The notes below the pieces were generated by a model. That model was given only the letters and a program-made list of their open reading frames with translations. It was not told the DNA's origin and ran no database searches. A DNA stretch of 64,000 bases from the IMG/VR virus record IMGVR_UViG_3300037840_000096; one strand, written 5' to 3'. The translations under genes were made by a program, and so were the position numbers. The stretch comes from an uncultured virus (IMG/VR IMGVR_UViG_3300037840_000096). Its lineage: Duplodnaviria; Heunggongvirae; Uroviricota; Caudoviricetes. Numbering within the stretch: the stretch's first letter is position 1; each line of letters starts with the position of its first letter. Below are positions 9,754 through 20,322 of this stretch, piece after piece.

Positions 9754-10788
9754 CTAAAACGCCGAGAAGCTGTCTAGGAACTGGTTGAGAGCAAAAGGAG
9801 TGGAGATTATTCCCAAAGGAGTCTGCCTCCACATCCAGATCCCTTGTTGTTGGTTAGGGAGCAAAGTCCCTATCTGTAACCCTGTGGGTGCCGTCAATCC
9901 GTAGTTCCAGGTCACTCCAGTAGGAGGTGTATTCTGGTTTGCCACGGTCTGGATCGCACTTCCTGATGCCTGGACTCCTCCTGGCTCCAGTCCCAGAACC
10001 ACTCCTGGGACTGGATAGACCACGTCGGTTAGATTCCCGGCCTGGGCTGGCAGGGTGAATGCCCCTCTTCCGGCCCCAGGAACAGTCAGGGTGTTACTGG
10101 TCCTTGCAGAGTAGTATACCACTTCTCGTGGACTTCCGCCAGAGGTTTGCACTTGACACCATCCCGTGGTGGGCCAATCAGCAAAAGATCCTGCTGTGGA
10201 GATGGTTCCTGCACCCGAGATTCCCAGGAATGCCGTGTTGGATATCTGCGGGGTTCCCAAAGTCGCTATCCATCTCTGCCAGGAAGAAACCGGAAAGGCT
10301 GCTTCGTTTCTGGCAATGGTTGCTCTGTAGTCGTTTAACTGTGTTCCCGACTGAGCAACAGTTACGTCATCGAACCCAAAGATCCCGTTCACGAGGTAGC
10401 TCAAAGTGATCGTGGAGGGTCCGCCGGCCAGGGGAGTAGTTGCTTGTATACGCAGGTATTGTCCAGGCTGTGGGCCTTCCACGATCTCGGTGTCTGCTAC
10501 CCCCGAGAAGTAGGCCGGCGTGCCCGCTGAGAGGCCGCTAGGTGCCCAGGAAAGGTGATTGGAGTCCACTACCAGAAGTGTTCCGGGGCCTATGGGATTG
10601 GCCCCTCCCGCGTACAAAACGTACAGGTTCGGGATGGGAGTGGCAATCTGTATACCCAGGGAGACAGCTTCCACGCTGGACCTGTACCCACCCAGGCTGT
10701 TGTCGGGGTTGGCTTGCAGCCCTCCATCTACGAGGGCACCAGTGATGTACTCCCGTACAGCATCTGCTCTTGTGTATAGTGCTGGCAT
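9754..10788 (-). CDS. Putative tail protein
   Basis: DPDNSLGGY-like N-terminus (NPDNSLGGY); G/T-rich; tail module. Confidence 0.5.
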   Translation of the reverse strand: MPALYTRADAVREYITGALVDGGLQANPDNSLGGYRSSVEAVSLGIQIATPIPNLYVLYAGGANPIGPGTLLVVDSNHLSWAPSGLSAGTPAYFSGVADTEIVEGPQPGQYLRIQATTPLAGGPSTITLSYLVNGIFGFDDVTVAQSGTQLNDYRATIARNEAAFPVSSWQRWIATLGTPQISNTAFLGISGAGTISTAGSFADWPTTGWCQVQTSGGSPREVVYYSARTSNTLTVPGAGRGAFTLPAQAGNLTDVVYPVPGVVLGLEPGGVQASGSAIQTVANQNTPPTGVTWNYGLTAPTGLQIGTLLPNQQQGIWMWRQTPLGIISTPFALNQFLDSFSAF

Positions 10789-10807
10789 TTTGTATATCCC
10801 AAAGTCC

Positions 10808-11326
10808 CTATGCTAAGATGGTCAGAGCGGGGTTGGAGTAGGTCACTTGTACCTGACCATCTGGTGGTGTTGGTGGTGTCACGATAAAGACATTGTACTG
10901 CCTGGGAGTTGCCTGGTTACCCAGGGAGTCCACAGCGATCACCTGATACTGATAGGGCCTCTCGTCTATCAGAGTGGGAGTCTGGTAGGTGTAGACCCAG
11001 GAGCCTTCCTCGAACTGGCTGCCAACAGTGATCCAATTCCCCGCTACGTTCTGCTGGATGAGGTAAGAATCTGCTCCAGGTTCTGAGTACCACTGCACAA
11101 CTAGGAAAGGTAGATAGAGTTCACTCTGGGCAAAGTCAGTGTCTACTACTTCCAGGGGTGGCGGAAAGGTGTTGTAGCCCTGTCCCTCCCAGGCATAACT
11201 GTTAGTTGTGGTGGTGGCTATCTGCTGGCCGTACAACACCACTCGGTAGGTGGTAGCCCCTGTAGAGTTCCAGGAGAACAACCAACTACCGCTGGACTGT
11301 TTCACGATGGAGGTGAACTGGATCAT
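10808..11326 (-). CDS. Fibronectin-III-like tail-associated protein
   Basis: W...GA..Y and YQYQVIAVDSLGN pattern. Confidence 0.5.
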   Translation of the reverse strand: MIQFTSIVKQSSGSWLFSWNSTGATTYRVVLYGQQIATTTTNSYAWEGQGYNTFPPPLEVVDTDFAQSELYLPFLVVQWYSEPGADSYLIQQNVAGNWITVGSQFEEGSWVYTYQTPTLIDERPYQYQVIAVDSLGNQATPRQYNVFIVTPPTPPDGQVQVTYSNPALTILA

Positions 11327-12384
11327 AGGGACTTTGCCTCGTACTTAGGACAGAACTGGCAAGCCTGGGTCTCAGGAACACCCAAAGGAATCGTACACTC
11401 CTTGTACAAAGCACACTCAAACACCTTCAACTGTGTGCCTGGCTTCCTGCAAGAGGCACACTCTATTCTTTTACCTGTGTCCTTTCCCAAAAACTTGCAG
11501 GGATTTGCTTGCCTATACTGTGGTGGGGCTAGCATTCCCATAAGGGAAGAATTACACAAAGCCTGGAGATGACCGTAAGCAGGATACAAACCGGAACAGT
11601 TACCTGTTGTCTGATAGAGTTGCAATAAGCCAAAGTAGTTGTTCAACGTGGAGACTCCTGTGTAGCAAAATCCTGTACCGTTCTGACAGCGATCACTGGA
11701 GAGATACCCAGGAAGGGAACGCAGGGAGACAGTCACGGGACCAACCCCTCCCGGAACATAGGGACCTGGGAAACCTAAATAGCAGTAGTTTATTTCTTCT
11801 TGCAGGATGTTATAGTCGGGCTGCGGTCCTCCCAACAATATGAAAGAATCACTCACCCCGCGTATGGGACCACAAAACATCCTGATGTTCACCGTGGCAG
11901 AGATGGACGCCGTGTTGTAGAAGTTGTAAGGGTCAGTCACACTCATGTAGAACTGCCAGAACTCTCCATTACCCGTGTCTGGTGGCGGGGGGTTATTCAA
12001 ACAACACCGGACCAGAGATGCCACACCTGGCAACCCGTGACAGTAGGGACCGTTTGGTTCGATAGCCGTACAAGTGTCGCTCAGGTTGGTGTAGAAACTC
12101 CCGCTAAACCCACTCACGGCAAAAGGATTGATAATCCCAGGAGGACCGCCGCTTCCCTGCATTGTAAAAGAGATGCCATCCAATCCTGGGTAGCGAGGAG
12201 CCTGGATGGTGCAACACAAGTTGGGATAAACTAAAAACTCTGGAGGAAAGTTCACAATGGTGCCATCACCAGGACAGCAAGCTATGCACCCTGTAGGAGG
12301 ACCGATGGGAGGGTAGTTCCTTGCGTGGCAAGGTGACTCCACGAAGCCCTTCTCCAGACTGCTTTGAAAAGATCCCAACGTCAT
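11323..12384 (-). CDS. Cys-rich tail-region protein
   Basis: Many Cys; C-terminal CASC...ECALYKECT...CQFCPKY cluster. Confidence 0.5.
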   Translation of the reverse strand: MTLGSFQSSLEKGFVESPCHARNYPPIGPPTGCIACCPGDGTIVNFPPEFLVYPNLCCTIQAPRYPGLDGISFTMQGSGGPPGIINPFAVSGFSGSFYTNLSDTCTAIEPNGPYCHGLPGVASLVRCCLNNPPPPDTGNGEFWQFYMSVTDPYNFYNTASISATVNIRMFCGPIRGVSDSFILLGGPQPDYNILQEEINYCYLGFPGPYVPGGVGPVTVSLRSLPGYLSSDRCQNGTGFCYTGVSTLNNYFGLLQLYQTTGNCSGLYPAYGHLQALCNSSLMGMLAPPQYRQANPCKFLGKDTGKRIECASCRKPGTQLKVFECALYKECTIPLGVPETQACQFCPKYEAKSL

Positions 12385-12998
12385 GATGTTTTCAATGCCC
12401 AGGCTCTGGCAGCAGTGTTCATGTCAGTCCAAGCCAGTTGAGTTTGGTGGTTAGGATCTATGTAGCCGGCAGGAAGTGGGTAGGCAGTGATGATATCTCC
12501 CAGGAAGTAATCTGGGACGATCACCTGATCCTCAGACCCGTTAGCACTACTGGCCGTTCTCATCCCGATCCCTGTGTAGGTGAATGAAACCAGAAGCTGA
12601 TTCAACAGCACTGTCTTCCCAGCAAAGGGTGTTTGCTGAAGCTGGTAGGGCTTCGCCACCGCGTACACGGGTTGCTTACCCTGCCCCAGGTTGGGATCGT
12701 AAAGCTGTGGAGTCCATTGGCCGTACTGATCCAGAGGCTGGTAGAAAGGAGTGCAAATCAGAAAGTCCGTCTGAATCTGCACGATCACAAACTGAGTGAG
12801 GTAATTCCTGACGTCGGGAAGCTGAGGATTTATGTGGTGGGAGTCCAGGAAGACTCTGTCCCCATAGTAACTGCTGTCAACGTGAGCCCCACCACGGATC
12901 TGCCGGAGGACTGCCTGCACGATTTCATTTAGAGACTTTGCCCCTGGAGCGGGGTGGCCCCTCACGAACATATCTGGTTTTGTGTCTAGCTCTGGCAT
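12381..12998 (-). CDS. Putative tail-tip protein
   Basis: Second gene after the tape measure gene. Confidence 0.45.
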   Translation of the reverse strand: MPELDTKPDMFVRGHPAPGAKSLNEIVQAVLRQIRGGAHVDSSYYGDRVFLDSHHINPQLPDVRNYLTQFVIVQIQTDFLICTPFYQPLDQYGQWTPQLYDPNLGQGKQPVYAVAKPYQLQQTPFAGKTVLLNQLLVSFTYTGIGMRTASSANGSEDQVIVPDYFLGDIITAYPLPAGYIDPNHQTQLAWTDMNTAARAWALKTS

Positions 12999-13001
12999 TT
13001 G

Positions 13002-14033
13002 CTATTGCTCGAATTCAGCACCAAACAAGGTATCAAAATCTGCTCGCCTTAGACAGGGAACATTCCAGTACCCCGCTGGTTGCAACCCTGTCGGCCCTCC
13101 CTGAACTGCGAAGAAGTTATATGTGTAGGAGTTGAAAGTCTGATACTGAGTAGGCAGGTTTGGATCAGGTTGGGTAGCCGGCTCCAGGTCAGCTGGCGGT
13201 CTGCCTGTCCTTTGGTCATTGAAAGCCACTCGTGGATCCCAGGTATCAAAGTTGTACTGGAACTCAAATCCAAACTTGTACCGCTGGAGAGGTTGCATCC
13301 CTGTGACTTCATTATTGGATTTGTTATCCATTACCTCAAAGTCCACCTCAGAGCAGAGCCAGGTAAGAGGAGGATACCCGACCCAAGTCTTGGAGTTAAT
13401 ACAAGCAATGAATTTCCTCACCACCACCCACGGGTTGTCGGTGTCCAGATACCCTACGAGTTTGAAGTTAGACTGAGGAAATGGAATGGTGATTTCCCCG
13501 CCCTGAATGATAGTGTAGGGAAACTGAGGCCATGCAAACTGACCGGCCAGACCCGCCGCATTCTCCTTATCAGGATTGAAAGTGTGAGCGGTTAGGATAA
13601 GTGTCCTGGGGGCATTGGTGTCTCCGTAAGGCTGATAGAAGTTGGTAGTCTTCTCCACCACTGAACTTCTACCCTTACCGTAGATGATTCCCGTCGTAGG
13701 GGAATAGAGACTTTGGTTCGGCCCCTCCAGGATGTGTTCATACTTGAGAATCACATCCACACAGCAAGGCTCATTGTTCGCTACGGAGGGAGCCCGCTCC
13801 ACTAGCACGAGGTTGTCATAGCCCATATTTGCCAGAGTGGAGTAGGGAGCCGGCATGTCCTGGGCTTTCAGAGCCTCTGATAGCACTGTGAAATCGCTTG
13901 GCCTGGCAGTGGCTCCAGCGGTGTTGAAAAGCACAGTGGCTTTTCTGGTGAGGGAACGTATGACCCCATTCCTCTCCACGAGGGAAAGGTTGTCCACCCG
14001 ATCCACGAAAGCAATGGGATTGTAAGTTGGCAT
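13002..14033 (-). CDS. Putative distal tail/hub protein
   Basis: Immediately downstream of the tape measure gene. Confidence 0.5.
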   Translation of the reverse strand: MPTYNPIAFVDRVDNLSLVERNGVIRSLTRKATVLFNTAGATARPSDFTVLSEALKAQDMPAPYSTLANMGYDNLVLVERAPSVANNEPCCVDVILKYEHILEGPNQSLYSPTTGIIYGKGRSSVVEKTTNFYQPYGDTNAPRTLILTAHTFNPDKENAAGLAGQFAWPQFPYTIIQGGEITIPFPQSNFKLVGYLDTDNPWVVVRKFIACINSKTWVGYPPLTWLCSEVDFEVMDNKSNNEVTGMQPLQRYKFGFEFQYNFDTWDPRVAFNDQRTGRPPADLEPATQPDPNLPTQYQTFNSYTYNFFAVQGGPTGLQPAGYWNVPCLRRADFDTLFGAEFEQ

Positions 14034-14034
14034 G

Positions 14035-17000
14035 TTACTCCGGTAGCACTGAGAGGGGGAAGTCTCTTCCCCTGGGACGATTTAGTAACTCACCCATCGC
14101 AGCAGCAGTGTCGGCAGTGTTCTTGTTAATGCCCTGCAAGGCTTTCAACTGCTGGTAGTCCAACGCCTCTGCCATAGGACCGCCGATCATGTACCTGGCC
14201 TCGCTGATCTGTTTGAAGGCGTAGCCCGGTCCTTGCTTACCAGAAACAGGAGTAAGCTCCCCATCTCCTTCTGGGATTGCACCTATTGGTCCTTTGAGCC
14301 ACTTCAGGATTCCCTTTATGATATCAGGAGGCAGTCCGGTGAGAATGGCCTTATTCAATCCAGCCCAGGGGGCTTTCAAAGTCTCTATGATTTCTTTGGG
14401 GAGGAGTTCCACAAAATCATCCACGCCTTCCTTCCAGATGGCAGGAATCGCATTCCAAACCTTCTCCCATCCCAACTGCAAACCAGCCGTCGCCATTCCA
14501 AATCCGGTTGTGAGTCCGGCAGCACTCGTCTGAAAAGGCTGCATGTAATCTGCGGGGCTCTTGAGTTCATTCCCCCTGGGACTAATGATTCGCATAAGTG
14601 CCCACTCCTTTTGGAGAGCAGCACTTGCTCGAAGCTCGTCAATCTCCTTTCGTTTCGCTGCGATGAATTCCTCAGTCACCTTAGCTTCCTCCGTCTGTCC
14701 CCATTTTTTCTGCCTCCCTAAGACCAGTTCACGGTGAGCGATCACTCTTTTTATATCAGACACTCTGCTAGCTATGTCATCGTCTATACCACGAAGAGTG
14801 GAGGGAAGAGAAATGATTTCCCTCCATTTTCCAGCGATGGTTCCTATGTTCCAAACAAGAGCCTTGATGAAAGCCTGAAACATCATGGTCATATCTGCTA
14901 GTATGTTTCCCCACTGATCCCTGATCCAGGTAAAGGGAACTGATGCGTAAATAGCAAATGACACCCAAAGCATTCTGAAGAGTTTCCCTCCAATATCCAT
15001 AATAGTTTGGAGTAAAGTCTCTATGTTCGTGGCCAGGTTCTCCAGAATCGTCATGGTAACCAACACCACATCGTGAAACGCCGCTGCCCAATGTTCCTTG
15101 AGCCAATCCAGAATGATCTTTACATTGGCCCGGAAGTTCCAGAAGAACCCTGCTACAATCCCCATCCGAACTCCAAGATCAACCGAGATATTGTCGAAAG
15201 TCTTTCGGAAGTCCACCCAAACCCCCACCAAAGAGTTCTTGATGTTCCTTGCGTTAGCAGCAACGTACTGTCCAGTTTGAATTGCTCCCTGCTTGACAGA
15301 GTCCCAAAGCTGTTTGACTACAGACATTACCACTGCAAAAACCGCCCCGATGGTGGTGGCGACAGTGACTATGGCTCCAAGAGCCACCGGCACAAGCAAA
15401 ATGAAGCCTACGAGATTGATAAAGAAACTCACCAAACCAATGAGTCCCGATACCATCAACTGAAACACCCCCTTGATGATTGTGGTTGCCAAATCTCCTA
15501 CTAGCTTAGTGACTTTGGTTATGGACCACTCTACTATTCGCATGGTAGTTCCAAAAGCACGACCCAACCAATAAACCAAAGTCCCTATGCCTTTTATACC
15601 CGTCCACATAGCGGAGAAGGCCAGAGAAGCCATACTCCACATGAACGCGATGGCTTTTCCTGCCAGGATGAAAGGTCCTACCAGGAACTTGCCCACCATG
15701 AGAATAATGGAAAGCATGGGAACAAACAAAACGTAGAGCAGTCCCGCTCCTATTATAAGACTCCTCATAGCTGGGTTCAGACCCATAAAGCTCTTAAACA
15801 AAGTCCCTATACCATCGGCCAGGTGAGACAAAGCAGGGGCCAGGGTATTGCCAATGGCAGTAGCAACAACCATTGCCTGGTGAGCAAGCCTGGATATCAC
15901 AGCCAGGAAGCTGCCCCGGAGCATGTCTGCCATCTTGTCCATGACTCCGTGGGTGAGATCCACTTCCTTTCTCAGTCTGGCGAACTCGTCTCCCATCCCA
16001 ACAAGCTGTAGGATTGCGTTCAGGGTTCTAGGCTCGAACCCAAGTTTCAGCAAACGCCCCGTAGCCGGCAGAGTCTCCATTCCAGCCAAATGATTCTGGA
16101 GATTCTGAAGAATGTCTCCAATACCTAGCATCTTCATGCCGGCACCGTACACTTTGATGCCCATAGCATCCCATTCTTCGGCGTTCCTCTCGGCTAGGAT
16201 AGCCGTCTGCCGAAGGGCCATTGACGCCATGTCACTTGCATGAGAACCTCTTACCCCTCTCTCGGAATACACCCCTAAGAGGGCAATAGCATCCTTCAAC
16301 TCCATCTTCGTAAGCTGCATGATTCCAACAAACTTACTCCCCATAGCCTCTGTAAGCTCTTTAGTGGAACTCCCCACCATCGGAGCCATTCCTACAAACA
16401 GATCCCCAAGCTGGGTCATATTTTTGAAGTGGGTTTCCACATCCCCGCTGGACATACCCAGCGTGTTCTGAAGCCGGATGAGTTCCTTGGTGGCCTCTCC
16501 CATTTTCATGTGACTAGCTACAGCAAAGGACTCTGCCACTCCCATTGCTCTGACCGCCATCGCGGCACTCATACCCTGGCTGGCAAACAGGTCCAGGCCC
16601 TCTGTAAGGTCCGTCATGCCAATCCGAGAAGACATAGCCAGGTTCTGTACACCTTGCTCCAAAGTGGCTCTGGTGCCGGGATGGGTGGCTTTGTCTGTCC
16701 ACTCTCGCATGTGGGCAAGGACTCTGGTGATGCTATCATCCAGCTTGGCAAAGAGGTAAGTACCATAAGCCACAGCACCTAGCATGGAGAGCCTAAAGGT
16801 GTTGAAGGCTCCTCCCAAAGTCGCTATGGTCGGCAGGAGATCCCGGAACCTTTGTCGGAGAGTAACAGAAGCTGCACTGGCCCTTCCCATCGCTGGAGGA
16901 AGGTTGTTAATAGAGTTGGTGACGTTAGCCACCACAGGCGGGATAGGTCCAGCAGCACCAGCCAGGTTGTAGTAGTTCACTAGATTCTTTGCTGCTGTTC

Positions 17001-18840
17001 CAATTCTGGAGAAGATACCTGCCACTGCTGTAGCATTAGGAGTGACAACTATAGAATTGAGTTGAGTGAAAAACCCCTGAAGGGCTATACCCACTTTGGG
17101 AAGCATGTTCAGATCCACAGCCCAAAGTCGGCGTAGAGCATTAGTAAGCTTTCCAAGTTGCTGTATAGCATCCGCAGCAGCGGGCAACTGTGTAGTTCCA
17201 ATCCCTTCCAAAGCAGTAAATAAGCCCACCAATGGGATTCTCAAATCCGTAAGTTTGGTGGGATCTACTGAACCAAAACGCATCAACATCGTAGCAAGCC
17301 GGCCTAGCTGAGTAATGGTATTAGCAGCCACAGTAACGGGTGCTGCTGCCAGTCCCACAAACATATCCATAACCGGCTTGGCAATCCGATTCGTTCCAAT
17401 CCATGAAGGGTCGAACCTGCCAAACCTGATGAGAGCACTGGCCAGCCTCCCGATCTGTACAGCCACGGGAGCTACATTCACAACGGAGATGCTACCGATG
17501 GTGTTTGCAAAATTGGATATAGCCTGGGCCATAGGTTGCATCCAGGCAAACTGCATTTTGCCCATGCCACGCAAAGCTGCCAGGAGTTTGCCTAGTGTAA
17601 AAGCAACATTGGCCACATCAGGCAGGTTTACGTTCACCAAAGCATCTGACAAGGATTTGAGCCCAGGCCCAAACCCCGCCATGTTCTTTGTAAAAGCACC
17701 AGCATCAAGCCTGGCCAGCCCTGCCAGGGAAAGAGCCAGCTTACGAAGGTTGTTGACCACAACGGTAATGGCATCTCCTCCCAACCCACTCTGGGAGAGG
17801 ATGTTTGCCATATCTTTGCCACCAAACATCGTGGTCAGGATGTCCTGAACATTGGGAAGGTCTTTCAAGTTGGAGAGCATCTTCAGAGATGCTGCCAAAC
17901 GGTACAAGTTCTGGATGACTCTGGTTGGGAAAACCTTATCAAGCTTGGACCCTACCAGCAAGTTTCTGAGGGTGTCCCCTCCAAACAAGTTTCCCAGAGC
18001 ATCCCGAATAGCGGTGAACTTTGTTGGATCAATAGAGACTTTGCCCAAAATTCCCATCGTCGTGATGAGAGCCTGTAGGTTAGGCAGAGAGCGGGTGATA
18101 GCAACGTAGTGGAGTTTTGCCTGGGCCAGTCCCTCTCCGATAGACTTCATGGCTCCAGAGATAGCCGTACCTGCACTGGTTATGAGAGAGGCGTCCACTC
18201 CCGAGATGTTTCGTAGAGAATCCCCGAGTGCATTCAGATTAACAGCCGCAGTAGCAGCACGTTTAAAGTGGAGAGAAGCCCCCAGAAGGCTTACTCCCAT
18301 TTGTTGAACAGCGTCCCCAATAGCTGCTAGATGAATAGACGACAACCCGGAGATACCCTGGGAGATAGAGGCGAAAGCTGCACCCAAGTCTCTAAGGTTG
18401 ACTACGACCTTTCCGAAGTTGTCTGAGTAGAACCTCTTATCCATGAGGGCAGTAGCCACCCCCGCCATCTTCTTTCCGATCTCTTCCAGAGGTGCTGTTG
18501 CCAGTCCTTTCAAAACATTCGTAAGTTGTGCCACAGAACCCGATAGATTGGCCTGGCCAATATTTGCAAGCCCTGTGGCAAGGGCACTAACAGAAGCAAT
18601 AGCAGCACTGGATTCGAGGAGGGGAACTGCGTTCCCCAAAGCTGTTGTGGCCAACGCCAGAGCAGCAATGCCTTCAGCGGCAGCACTCGCCATGCTGCCA
18701 AGTTCCTTCATCTTGGCAGCAATCCCATCAACAGCAGCAGCGACTTCCTTCTGAGCAGCCTGAAGTTGCTTAATCCCTGAGATGGCAATTTCCACCAGCA
18801 GGGATTCCAGAGTCAGAGTAGGGGCGGCAGTGTCAGCCAT
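14035..18840 (-). CDS. Tail tape measure protein
   Basis: 1601 aa, A/L/G-rich helical; TP901-like core and hydrophobic segments; follows tail chaperones. Confidence 0.9.
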   Translation of the reverse strand: MADTAAPTLTLESLLVEIAISGIKQLQAAQKEVAAAVDGIAAKMKELGSMASAAAEGIAALALATTALGNAVPLLESSAAIASVSALATGLANIGQANLSGSVAQLTNVLKGLATAPLEEIGKKMAGVATALMDKRFYSDNFGKVVVNLRDLGAAFASISQGISGLSSIHLAAIGDAVQQMGVSLLGASLHFKRAATAAVNLNALGDSLRNISGVDASLITSAGTAISGAMKSIGEGLAQAKLHYVAITRSLPNLQALITTMGILGKVSIDPTKFTAIRDALGNLFGGDTLRNLLVGSKLDKVFPTRVIQNLYRLAASLKMLSNLKDLPNVQDILTTMFGGKDMANILSQSGLGGDAITVVVNNLRKLALSLAGLARLDAGAFTKNMAGFGPGLKSLSDALVNVNLPDVANVAFTLGKLLAALRGMGKMQFAWMQPMAQAISNFANTIGSISVVNVAPVAVQIGRLASALIRFGRFDPSWIGTNRIAKPVMDMFVGLAAAPVTVAANTITQLGRLATMLMRFGSVDPTKLTDLRIPLVGLFTALEGIGTTQLPAAADAIQQLGKLTNALRRLWAVDLNMLPKVGIALQGFFTQLNSIVVTPNATAVAGIFSRIGTAAKNLVNYYNLAGAAGPIPPVVANVTNSINNLPPAMGRASAASVTLRQRFRDLLPTIATLGGAFNTFRLSMLGAVAYGTYLFAKLDDSITRVLAHMREWTDKATHPGTRATLEQGVQNLAMSSRIGMTDLTEGLDLFASQGMSAAMAVRAMGVAESFAVASHMKMGEATKELIRLQNTLGMSSGDVETHFKNMTQLGDLFVGMAPMVGSSTKELTEAMGSKFVGIMQLTKMELKDAIALLGVYSERGVRGSHASDMASMALRQTAILAERNAEEWDAMGIKVYGAGMKMLGIGDILQNLQNHLAGMETLPATGRLLKLGFEPRTLNAILQLVGMGDEFARLRKEVDLTHGVMDKMADMLRGSFLAVISRLAHQAMVVATAIGNTLAPALSHLADGIGTLFKSFMGLNPAMRSLIIGAGLLYVLFVPMLSIILMVGKFLVGPFILAGKAIAFMWSMASLAFSAMWTGIKGIGTLVYWLGRAFGTTMRIVEWSITKVTKLVGDLATTIIKGVFQLMVSGLIGLVSFFINLVGFILLVPVALGAIVTVATTIGAVFAVVMSVVKQLWDSVKQGAIQTGQYVAANARNIKNSLVGVWVDFRKTFDNISVDLGVRMGIVAGFFWNFRANVKIILDWLKEHWAAAFHDVVLVTMTILENLATNIETLLQTIMDIGGKLFRMLWVSFAIYASVPFTWIRDQWGNILADMTMMFQAFIKALVWNIGTIAGKWREIISLPSTLRGIDDDIASRVSDIKRVIAHRELVLGRQKKWGQTEEAKVTEEFIAAKRKEIDELRASAALQKEWALMRIISPRGNELKSPADYMQPFQTSAAGLTTGFGMATAGLQLGWEKVWNAIPAIWKEGVDDFVELLPKEIIETLKAPWAGLNKAILTGLPPDIIKGILKWLKGPIGAIPEGDGELTPVSGKQGPGYAFKQISEARYMIGGPMAEALDYQQLKALQGINKNTADTAAAMGELLNRPRGRDFPLSVLPE

Positions 18841-19315
18841 CTAGCTTCCCCTCCTTTTTCATCCTGGCCTCTAGCTCCGCGAAGGGATTGAATCCTGGTG
18901 GGAGAGTAGACTCAGGCAAAGTCTCTATGCCGCCGATCCTCTTGGCCCATTGGGACTTTGCTTCCGAGTTGACAGCAGCCCAGCGAGGATCACGCATGGC
19001 CTCTGGCCCGCACTCGATCTCTGGCCTACCGGAGTGAGGGGAAGCAGGTTTGTCTGAGTCCTGGAGGATACAGTCCTCTATGCTCACCCCTTCTTTCTTC
19101 CCCGAAAAACCAAAGCGGATGGCTCTGATCTCAGCAGCGATCTGAGCCAGATAGTAGTCCTGTTTGGTCCGTTGCTCCCACCTTCTCATCTTGAGAAACA
19201 TCTGCCATTCCATGAACTCCGTGGAGGAGGTTTTTCTCATGCACTCCTGAAGGGGAAGGTGAAGCTCTGCTGCAATCTCCAGCCAGGCCAGACGCTCCCC
19301 CGTCAGTCGTTTTTT
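18833..19315 (-). CDS. Tail assembly chaperone, frameshift extension (gpT-like)
   Basis: -1 frame open across the slippery site A AAA AAC; LAWLEIAAELHLPL...EFMEW pattern. Confidence 0.7.
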   Translation of the reverse strand, partial: KKRLTGERLAWLEIAAELHLPLQECMRKTSSTEFMEWQMFLKMRRWEQRTKQDYYLAQIAAEIRAIRFGFSGKKEGVSIEDCILQDSDKPASPHSGRPEIECGPEAMRDPRWAAVNSEAKSQWAKRIGGIETLPESTLPPGFNPFAELEARMKKEGKLDG

Positions 19316-19671
19316 ACTTCTTCTGCTTTCTGGTTGAGGCCGGAGAGAGCGACGGCCTTCCTGAACCATTGCTCCTGAAGAGTAGCTGGCCAGGTCTGCA
19401 CGACCGAAATGGGAATGCGATTGTTCTCTTCGTCGAACACGCAGCGAAACAACAGATCCGCCATGATCTCGCTGTGGTCCCTGACCCCCTTGGGCGTTCC
19501 GTCGGGGTTCATCTCGATCCGTTTGTTCATGCCGTTCATGAACTTGTCGCGTTCCCCGCCAGGGAGTTCACGGATTGTGTAGTGAACGATGTTCCCATCT
19601 TTGGTCTTGACCTTGACCACCTCCTCTTTGAGAGTCAGATCGTAGACAGGTTCTCCGTTTGTTTCAGACAT
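19303..19671 (-). CDS. Tail assembly chaperone (gpG-like)
   Basis: Between tail tube and tape measure genes; ends GTA AAA AAC GAC TGA. Confidence 0.75.
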   Translation of the reverse strand: MSETNGEPVYDLTLKEEVVKVKTKDGNIVHYTIRELPGGERDKFMNGMNKRIEMNPDGTPKGVRDHSEIMADLLFRCVFDEENNRIPISVVQTWPATLQEQWFRKAVALSGLNQKAEEVKND

Positions 19672-19774
19672 GATACTCTCCTGGGATCAGAAAAAGCCTC
19701 CACTCCACCGTGGAGAGAAGGCTCTTTCGAGACGAACTGAAGGTCTGGACGTTGCCAGCCCATAGAGACTTTGC

Positions 19775-20311
19775 TCAGGGCGTTCCAGCAGAGAAGGAGC
19801 CAATCCCTTCCACCGCAGTAGTAGAGATAGACCCGCCCAGAGCACCGGGGAAGCCGCTGGAAGTCCCACTGTTCAGACCCGAGGTGTTCGGGAAGCAGAA
19901 CTTGATCTCTGCTGTGGGCATCTCTCCCTCTTTGTGAGAGGTGGGCTTGAAGCTGTCCAACCAGGCCAGCTTCGTCACAATAGCCCCATCTGGGAATAGA
20001 ATAGCGAGGGTGCCAATTACCCCCATAACGGAAGCACTTGGAAATCCCAACGGTACAGGATTGTAGCAGTTGGGATCGTACTGCACCTGGAGGGTACACT
20101 CACCATAAGAGATCAAACTCTTGGGGGCCTCCGTTCGGAGCCGGGTGTTTCTCATGGTGGTTATGTCGATCTTGCCCAACTCCAGATCGGGAGGCTGCAC
20201 TTCTTTCTCGAAGAAGAACAGAGTCGATTGACCACCCGGAGCCGTGGGAACCCCTGTTCCCAGAACAGTGAAGCCTATGACTGTTCTGAATCCATCGGTC
20301 AGCTTGGCCAC
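19775..20311 (-). CDS. Major tail tube protein
   Basis: IDITTM...APKSL...VQYDP...FPDG pattern; position; GGAG before GTG. Confidence 0.75.
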   Translation of the reverse strand: MAKLTDGFRTVIGFTVLGTGVPTAPGGQSTLFFFEKEVQPPDLELGKIDITTMRNTRLRTEAPKSLISYGECTLQVQYDPNCYNPVPLGFPSASVMGVIGTLAILFPDGAIVTKLAWLDSFKPTSHKEGEMPTAEIKFCFPNTSGLNSGTSSGFPGALGGSISTTAVEGIGSFSAGTP

Positions 20312-20322
20312 GACTGTCTCCC

